A stretch of DNA of 64,000 bases, taken from Planctomycetota bacterium (GTDB taxonomy: Bacteria > Planctomycetota > GCA-002687715 > CAIWVZ01). How positions within the stretch are numbered: the first letter of the stretch is position 1; every line of letters begins with the position of its first letter. The DNA lies in the NCBI GenBank assembly GCA_017853435.1, contig JAFMJN010000001.1:2603-66602 (forward strand). The letters run 5' to 3'. The position numbers and the translations under genes are program-made. Shown one piece after another: positions 58,707 to 64,000 of the stretch. The notes below the pieces were generated by a model that was not told the origin of the DNA, made no database searches, and saw only the letters and a program-made list of their open reading frames with translations.

Positions 58707-59477
58707 TCACACGGTATCAACGTCTTTGTAGATAAATAATGGAAGTCGAACAAAACCAATCCAAATAAACTTAAGCACGTCAACTCGAACTGCGGCTTCC
58801 CGGGATGTCGGGTCCCGAAAAAGAACCGCATCAAAAATAATTCCGCGCCCGAAGAACGCTCTTAACGCTGAGCACTGTGGATGATCTGCGCTCCTATGAG
58901 TTTGGCGTTTCCAACTGAGTGCCTCGCGAATTCTTCGGCGGAGTGAATCCGGAGGCATCGACTCTTGTGGCGTGCCTGTGAACGTTTGGCCAACAAGCGT
59001 AGCCACATCATCGAAATTAATGTCAACCAACACGCCGCGTTCCATGGTCCAACACTTCTCACTACCAACCGACGAGCTCGAATGCAACGGCGCGCCCGAC
59101 AACCGTCCAAGGCGAAATGTACTCCAAACAGAATAGCCCCAAGCGACCAGTAGAACCGTAACCAGTTCCAACGACGGATGCGCCCAAGTAAAGTGCCAAC
59201 CCCCGAATTGCAACACGGCCGCTCCAAAATCACGAGTCAAAGCACACGCAAACAGAAGGGACTTCGAATCGAACAAAATAATTCCACGCCGCAGACTAAG
59301 GCTGATCCCGCCGTGAAACAGGACTAAGAACAAAGGGACAGACATTGATCGAGCAGCAACTAAATCCAGTAGCACCGTGCAGCTCATGCACGCAGCAAAC
59401 CAAACCGCCATGAGCAGTATCGCAGATGCGACCCTTGGCGGTGTTGAAGGGTGTTTGTAGACAGAAATTTTACTCAT
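58707..59477 (-). CDS. Polytopic membrane protein with a C-terminal soluble domain, candidate immunity protein for the Rhs2 C-terminal toxin.
   Basis: ATG at 59477, 58 bp downstream of the Rhs2 stop. At least four N-terminal TM helices. AT-rich (about 50% GC) relative to the flanks. The stop lies 13 nt before the Rhs1 ATG. Confidence 0.45.
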   Translation of the reverse strand: MSKISVYKHPSTPPRVASAILLMAVWFAACMSCTVLLDLVAARSMSVPLFLVLFHGGISLSLRRGIILFDSKSLLFACALTRDFGAAVLQFGGWHFTWAHPSLELVTVLLVAWGYSVWSTFRLGRLSGAPLHSSSSVGSEKCWTMERGVLVDINFDDVATLVGQTFTGTPQESMPPDSLRRRIREALSWKRQTHRSADHPQCSALRAFFGRGIIFDAVLFRDPTSREAAVRVDVLKFIWIGFVRLPLFIYKDVDTV

Positions 59478-59535
59478 ACAAAGAGGTGGATCCGTCGGCT
59501 AATGATGTTCTACCCTGTACACAACAATCAGTACT

Positions 59536-62500
59536 TCAATGCCCTAACTTCTTGGGCCTTGAATCTGCCGGGATAACCGGACGACTCCCCGGGGCTGGCT
59601 TTACGTCAACGGGACTGTGTTCGACTTCTGGAATTAGAGGCTTGCGCTTCCTGCAGCACTTTTCGGGGGCGTACCCATCTTTCGCCTTCTTCAGATTTTT
59701 TGCCGCCTCGGATTGTGCGGCTGCATACTTCTCCAGCGTTGCACGGGCATCGGAGCTCGACAGTACTTCGTAGTGGTCGTCGCTGCCCATGAATCTAGTC
59801 CAACCATCCACTACGCCAACCGAGCCACCGGCCACTTCCGCTGCTCCCAGTGCGACTCCACCAACACTGATTTCAACAGCGACTCCAACGCCTATTATCG
59901 TGCCCGCCCCACCCGTCGTGGCAGTACTACCTACTACGACCACAATGCTGACAGCCACAGAGCCCAGTGCTACTCCAGCACCTTTCACAAGGACACCAGC
60001 GCCCGCGGCCATCTCAGCCATCCCTAGAAGAATTTGCCGTTCGGTACCTTTAACAAATCGGCCCTCGTCAAGCAGCCGCTCAAGAGGTCCTGCCTTCTCG
60101 CGCCACTTGTCCCATGCGTCGTCAACGGCGTCAAGGCAACTTCTTTCGAATTCACTGCAGCATTCCGTGTCAAAACTCCCCCCATTCGCCTCACACACCT
60201 TCTTCGCATCGACACACGTTGGTCGACAAGCAAATGCCCTAAGTGAACTTCTCGACTCTTTGTTCTTCTGATAGGGAGTCGGTCTTAGTGCTTGAAATCC
60301 AGCAGGGTCGATCTGGTCTGTCGGCATCCCATCCACATACCCATACCCATAGACCCCCGACGCATCGAGGATCGGGTCCCTCTCAAGGAACCCGCCCGTC
60401 TCCGGCCGGTACCACCTTGCACGGTAGTAGTAGAGCCCGATCTCCTGGTTCCACTCTCGTCCCGTGTACGTGAAGTCCTGCTCGCCCTGCGACATGTTCG
60501 GGCTGTAGTACGTCCCCGTTCCGTCGCAGAACTGCACCTGACCGTAGTCGGTGTACCGGTACGTCTCGAGCACACCCCCTTCGATCGTGATTGTGTTTGT
60601 CAGATTCGACACGACACACTGCACGGTCCCCAGGAAGTCGCCCTGGTAGTAGCCCTCGTAGTAGTAACTTGGGCCTGCGTTGAAGATGTCCGCCCGTGCC
60701 CAAAGGATCTGGTCCATCAGGTAGGGGCCGTACACCCTCACGAACTTCACGCGGGACTCGCTCAGGGGGCTCGACCCGGCTTGCACCACGAACTCTTCGA
60801 TCGGTTGCTCACCGTCGTAGTACGTGTGCGTCCAGAACGAGCCGTTCGTGTCCTTGCGCTCGATGCGGCGGCCAAATGGGTCGTACCGGTAGCGCCAGAC
60901 ATGACCGCTGCCGTCGGTCGCTTCGTAGATCCGGTTCTCCATGTCCACCTTGACCGTCGGGGACGTCTTCTGGTTCCCGTTCGTGTCAAACGTGTTGGTC
61001 TCTTGGGAGGTCTGCGTCAGCGTCGAGCCGTTCCAGTCGTACACCGTGCGGGTGCCCAACTGGTTTTGCGTGTCGAACACGTGGTCTTCTCGGCGGACGC
61101 CCGACTGCGACGGGGTGTCGTATTGGAGCGTCTTCCGGTTACCCACTTCGTCGAGCGTGAACTGACGCCGGTAGGCGAAGTCCGTTGTGGACTCGGTGGC
61201 CGACTCCACAGCCGAGTGGCTGGAGGTCGCGTACCCCACTCCGTAAAGCGTCTTCGTCAGGCGGTTGGCACCGTCGTAGTAGTACCGGTCGCCGTAGTCG
61301 AGGACTCCGCCCAGAGTGGCCCCTGTGGAGGCGTTGATGTAGTCCCGGCGTTCGAAGGTCACTCGGCCGCCCGCGTCGTACCCGCGCTTCAGGTCGACCG
61401 TCGTTGTCCGAGTCCCGTCCTTCAGCCTATCCCATGTGAGCTGCGTCGCGCGGCCGTACGCGTCATACGCGAGCGTCTCGCGCGAGCGGTCGGATCCAAG
61501 CGTCAACTTCGTCATCCGGCGTGGGCCAGCGAAGTCCCAGTCGGCAGCGACGACGTAGGTCGGGCTTCCGGCCGTGATGTCGTCGGTTCGCTCCAGTTTG
61601 CTCACGCGGTTCAAGGAGTCGTACGTCCGCTTCACTCCGGTCAGGCCGTCGGGATACTTCACGAGGCTAAGGAGCCCGTCTCCCCCGTACGTGTACTCGA
61701 CCTTCCGGTACGTGGTTCCAGACCCGCTGTCGTCCGTCGGCGTGATCCACGTCGTTTCGGATTCGAGTTTGCCTAGGGTGTTCCACGTTCGCGTCACGAG
61801 GGAATCCCGATTGTAGGCCGAGGTCAGGCGGCCGACGCCATCATACAGGAACTTCACCAGTGTGGGGCCTACCACATTCGTCGCTAGGGAATACGACTTC
61901 GTCAGCAGCAGATTTCGGCTGTCGTACGTGTACGTCGCCGAGGACCCGTTCCGGTCGGTCCTCGTCGAGACGTTATGGGCTTGGTCGTAGGTTAATGACA
62001 CGGTGTCCGAGCCCGCCTCGTCGTAACTCAGGGTCAAGCGGTCAGCCTGGTCATACTCGTAGCGGCAGGACGTGTCGCCAGACCCTCGGACGTTCGTCCG
62101 GGTGACCAGGTTGTCGTTCAGGTCGTAGACCATCACCGTATCGAGGTAAGTGGGGCTGCCGCCTCCGGTAAGGCGCCGCCTCACCTTCGTCACCCGGCCA
62201 AAATCGTCATAGAGGTTGGCAACGACGTTGCCGTTCGGGTCCGTTGCGGTCCGGACCCGGCCAAACCCGTCCACGTCGTAGGTCGTGGTCAAGGCCGTGG
62301 CGGAGCCACCCCCTCGCTCGCTGGTCGAGGTAAGGTGCCCGTCGGCATCGTAGGCGTGCTCCACGACGTAGGTCTTCGTGGTCCCGCCTTCCACCTCGTC
62401 GGCCGTGGTCTTTGTCACCCGTCCGGAAGGGTCCAACTGGCTCGTGACAGAGTTGCCGAGGGCGTCTGTCACCTTCGAGCGGCGGCCAGCCCCGTCGAAG

Positions 62501-64000
62501 GTGTAGGTCGTTGTGGAAGCCCCACCCCCGCACCCGCAGGAGTCGGTCGTCTGGGTCAGGCGGCCGCTCTTGTCGTAGGACATCGTGAAGGTCACGGTCC
62601 CGCTCTCGATGTCCGTCGAGAGATCGGCCTTCTTGGCCCATTGGGCGGTGGACGTCACGCGGTTGTCCCCGTCGTAGGACGCCCGGGACTCGATCAGTTT
62701 CGTGTTGCCGGAGTTGTACCGCTGACGCGTCACCGCGTTCGAGTTCTTATCGAACGTCGTCGTTGCGTAGTGGGATCCCGGATCCGTCATCTTCGTCGTC
62801 CGGTCGAACCCGTCGTACGCGAGCGTCGTCGCGTTCCCCTTACCGTCTTGCATCTTCGTCAGGCGGTGGTTCTGGTCGTACTCCCGGACCGACGAGGAGG
62901 CGTAGGCCGTCCCGCTCGCCACGGTCTTCGTCACTTCCAAGCCACGCATGTCGAACGTCGTGGTTTTCGAGTTGCCGCGGGGGAGCGTCACGGAGGTCAC
63001 CCGGTCTTCCCTATCGCGGGCGAAGGCCCAGATGCGGTTGGACCCGTAACTCGAACCGTACTGCATCGTGATCGCCGACACCTCGTCAAGGAGGGTGTAG
63101 GACGTGAGGATGCGTTGCTCTGAGTTCGAGATGTCGGCGTTGCCGTGGTCGCGACGGGTCTCGGTCACCCGGTCGTTTAAGTCGTAGAAGTAGTCGGTCA
63201 CCTTACCTGTCGGCGAGGTCACCGAGGTCGGGTAGCCAAGCGCGTTACGCGAGATCGTGGTGGTACCGCTCGTTGGATCGGTGATGGAGGTGACGTTGCC
63301 GTACTGGTCTCTTGCAAACGTCGTCTCGATGGCAAGGCCGGACGGATCCACGGTCACCTTCGAGACCTGGCCGCCGCCAGTGTACGTAAATGCCACCACC
63401 TTCGACTCTGGATCGGTGACGGTGATCGGGCGGCTCAGGGAGTCATACGAGATGCTGTACCCCGACGCGCCAGTTTCTGGAGACTTCTGGCTGGTGACGT
63501 TGCCGTTGCCGTCGCGCGTGATCTCGAAGTCTCGGCCGTTTGGATCGATGACCTTCGTGAGGAGTTTCCAATCAGACGTGGTCTGGTAGACGTACTCCGT
63601 CACAAGATGGTCGCTCCCAGATCGCATCGTCGCGATGCTGGTTGCAGAGAGACCCGATGCTGTGGATTTGATGGATGCCGTGAGTAGCCCACCGGAGTAC
63701 TGGTAGAGCATCCCGTTGCCTTCAGGTGCAACGGATTTCGTGAGAAGTCCCGTCGATGAGTCCCAGTAGCACGTCGTGTCTTCGAAGGATTCGGGGGATC
63801 GCTCCTGCTTGATCTTCGTGATCGCATAGTTCGAGTCAAACTCGAAAATGCGACGCGCACCTTCCCGATCGATCTCCGTCGTCTTGTTCATCGCGTAGGT
63901 CACGACGTATTTCTGCGTCGACGAGTCGCCAAAAATCTGCTTCGTAACGCGCCCCGATCCGTCGTACTCCATCTGCAAGTACGCAGCCCCGCTCGACGCT
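59536..64000 (-). CDS. Rhs/YD-repeat protein (Rhs2), 5'-truncated by the window edge. Its C-terminal toxin domain contains a glycine-zipper hydrophobic segment.
   Basis: The ORF is open to the window edge with YD repeats throughout. The core is identical to Rhs1 over 2,968 nt. C-terminal tail after DPAGFQ: Cys-rich region, then GAGVLVKGAGVALGSVAVSIVVVVGSTATTGGAGTIIGVGVAVEISVGGVALGAAEVAGG. Confidence 0.75.
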   Translation of the reverse strand, partial: ASSGAAYLQMEYDGSGRVTKQIFGDSSTQKYVVTYAMNKTTEIDREGARRIFEFDSNYAITKIKQERSPESFEDTTCYWDSSTGLLTKSVAPEGNGMLYQYSGGLLTASIKSTASGLSATSIATMRSGSDHLVTEYVYQTTSDWKLLTKVIDPNGRDFEITRDGNGNVTSQKSPETGASGYSISYDSLSRPITVTDPESKVVAFTYTGGGQVSKVTVDPSGLAIETTFARDQYGNVTSITDPTSGTTTISRNALGYPTSVTSPTGKVTDYFYDLNDRVTETRRDHGNADISNSEQRILTSYTLLDEVSAITMQYGSSYGSNRIWAFARDREDRVTSVTLPRGNSKTTTFDMRGLEVTKTVASGTAYASSSVREYDQNHRLTKMQDGKGNATTLAYDGFDRTTKMTDPGSHYATTTFDKNSNAVTRQRYNSGNTKLIESRASYDGDNRVTSTAQWAKKADLSTDIESGTVTFTMSYDKSGRLTQTTDSCGCGGGASTTTYTFDGAGRRSKVTDALGNSVTSQLDPSGRVTKTTADEVEGGTTKTYVVEHAYDADGHLTSTSERGGGSATALTTTYDVDGFGRVRTATDPNGNVVANLYDDFGRVTKVRRRLTGGGSPTYLDTVMVYDLNDNLVTRTNVRGSGDTSCRYEYDQADRLTLSYDEAGSDTVSLTYDQAHNVSTRTDRNGSSATYTYDSRNLLLTKSYSLATNVVGPTLVKFLYDGVGRLTSAYNRDSLVTRTWNTLGKLESETTWITPTDDSGSGTTYRKVEYTYGGDGLLSLVKYPDGLTGVKRTYDSLNRVSKLERTDDITAGSPTYVVAADWDFAGPRRMTKLTLGSDRSRETLAYDAYGRATQLTWDRLKDGTRTTTVDLKRGYDAGGRVTFERRDYINASTGATLGGVLDYGDRYYYDGANRLTKTLYGVGYATSSHSAVESATESTTDFAYRRQFTLDEVGNRKTLQYDTPSQSGVRREDHVFDTQNQLGTRTVYDWNGSTLTQTSQETNTFDTNGNQKTSPTVKVDMENRIYEATDGSGHVWRYRYDPFGRRIERKDTNGSFWTHTYYDGEQPIEEFVVQAGSSPLSESRVKFVRVYGPYLMDQILWARADIFNAGPSYYYEGYYQGDFLGTVQCVVSNLTNTITIEGGVLETYRYTDYGQVQFCDGTGTYYSPNMSQGEQDFTYTGREWNQEIGLYYYRARWYRPETGGFLERDPILDASGVYGYGYVDGMPTDQIDPAGFQALRPTPYQKNKESRSSLRAFACRPTCVDAKKVCEANGGSFDTECCSEFERSCLDAVDDAWDKWREKAGPLERLLDEGRFVKGTERQILLGMAEMAAGAGVLVKGAGVALGSVAVSIVVVVGSTATTGGAGTIIGVGVAVEISVGGVALGAAEVAGGSVGVVDGWTRFMGSDDHYEVLSSSDARATLEKYAAAQSEAAKNLKKAKDGYAPEKCCRKRKPLIPEVEHSPVDVKPAPGSRPVIPADSRPKKLGH
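60331..63298. repeat. Copy 2 (Rhs2 core) of the 2,968-bp direct repeat.
   Basis: See copy 1. Confidence 0.9.

Noticed and set aside
54824-58834. ORF-track N-terminal 47 codons of Rhs1 (MMRFFFGTRHPGKPQFELTCLSLFGLVLF...).
   Set aside because: They overlap the 58707-59477 membrane-protein gene in another frame. The in-frame ATG at 58693 with a GAGG SD just after that gene's stop is the more plausible start.

Overview
This 64 kb window is high-GC (about 68-70%) bacterial chromosome; the lineage is not assignable from sequence alone (a PVC-group-like or similar Gram-negative is a guess). Coding density is high and almost every long ORF on the opposite strand from a real gene is an Arg/Pro/Gly-rich artefact. 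Three parts are recognisable.

1. 1-33 kb: conserved housekeeping genes. cinA, tatC, coaE, pheST-rplT-rpmI-infC-thrS, aspS, the complete F1Fo ATP synthase operon (atpZ/I-B-E-F-H-A-G-D-C), ndk, an RqcH/NFACT homolog, an aldehyde dehydrogenase, rnpA-yidD, a PpiD-like chaperone and scpB.

2. 33.8-52.4 kb: one minus-strand run of 12 translationally coupled genes, with 4-nt or 1-nt start/stop overlaps or gaps of 10 nt or less. It encodes a pseudopilin / type II secretion-like assembly module. The head gene is a double-FHA membrane protein. It is followed by a GspL-like gene, a GspM-like gene, a 948-aa TPR protein and a GspG-like major pseudopilin. Then come three further prepilin-type proteins, one of them a giant (1684 aa) GspK-like protein. 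The run ends with a Cys-rich secreted protein and a parvulin/SurA-like lipoprotein. No ATPase, platform protein, secretin or prepilin peptidase is present in the window. This is the most unusual system here.

3. 52.7-64 kb: a tRNA-Arg(TCG) followed by a compositionally distinct island. The island carries two Rhs/YD-repeat toxin genes sharing a 2,968-bp near-identical direct repeat (period 4,829 bp). Their C-terminal toxin domains differ (one has a glycine-zipper). AT-rich putative immunity genes follow each toxin. Decayed copies of a short Rhs N-terminal leader module lie next to the tRNA.
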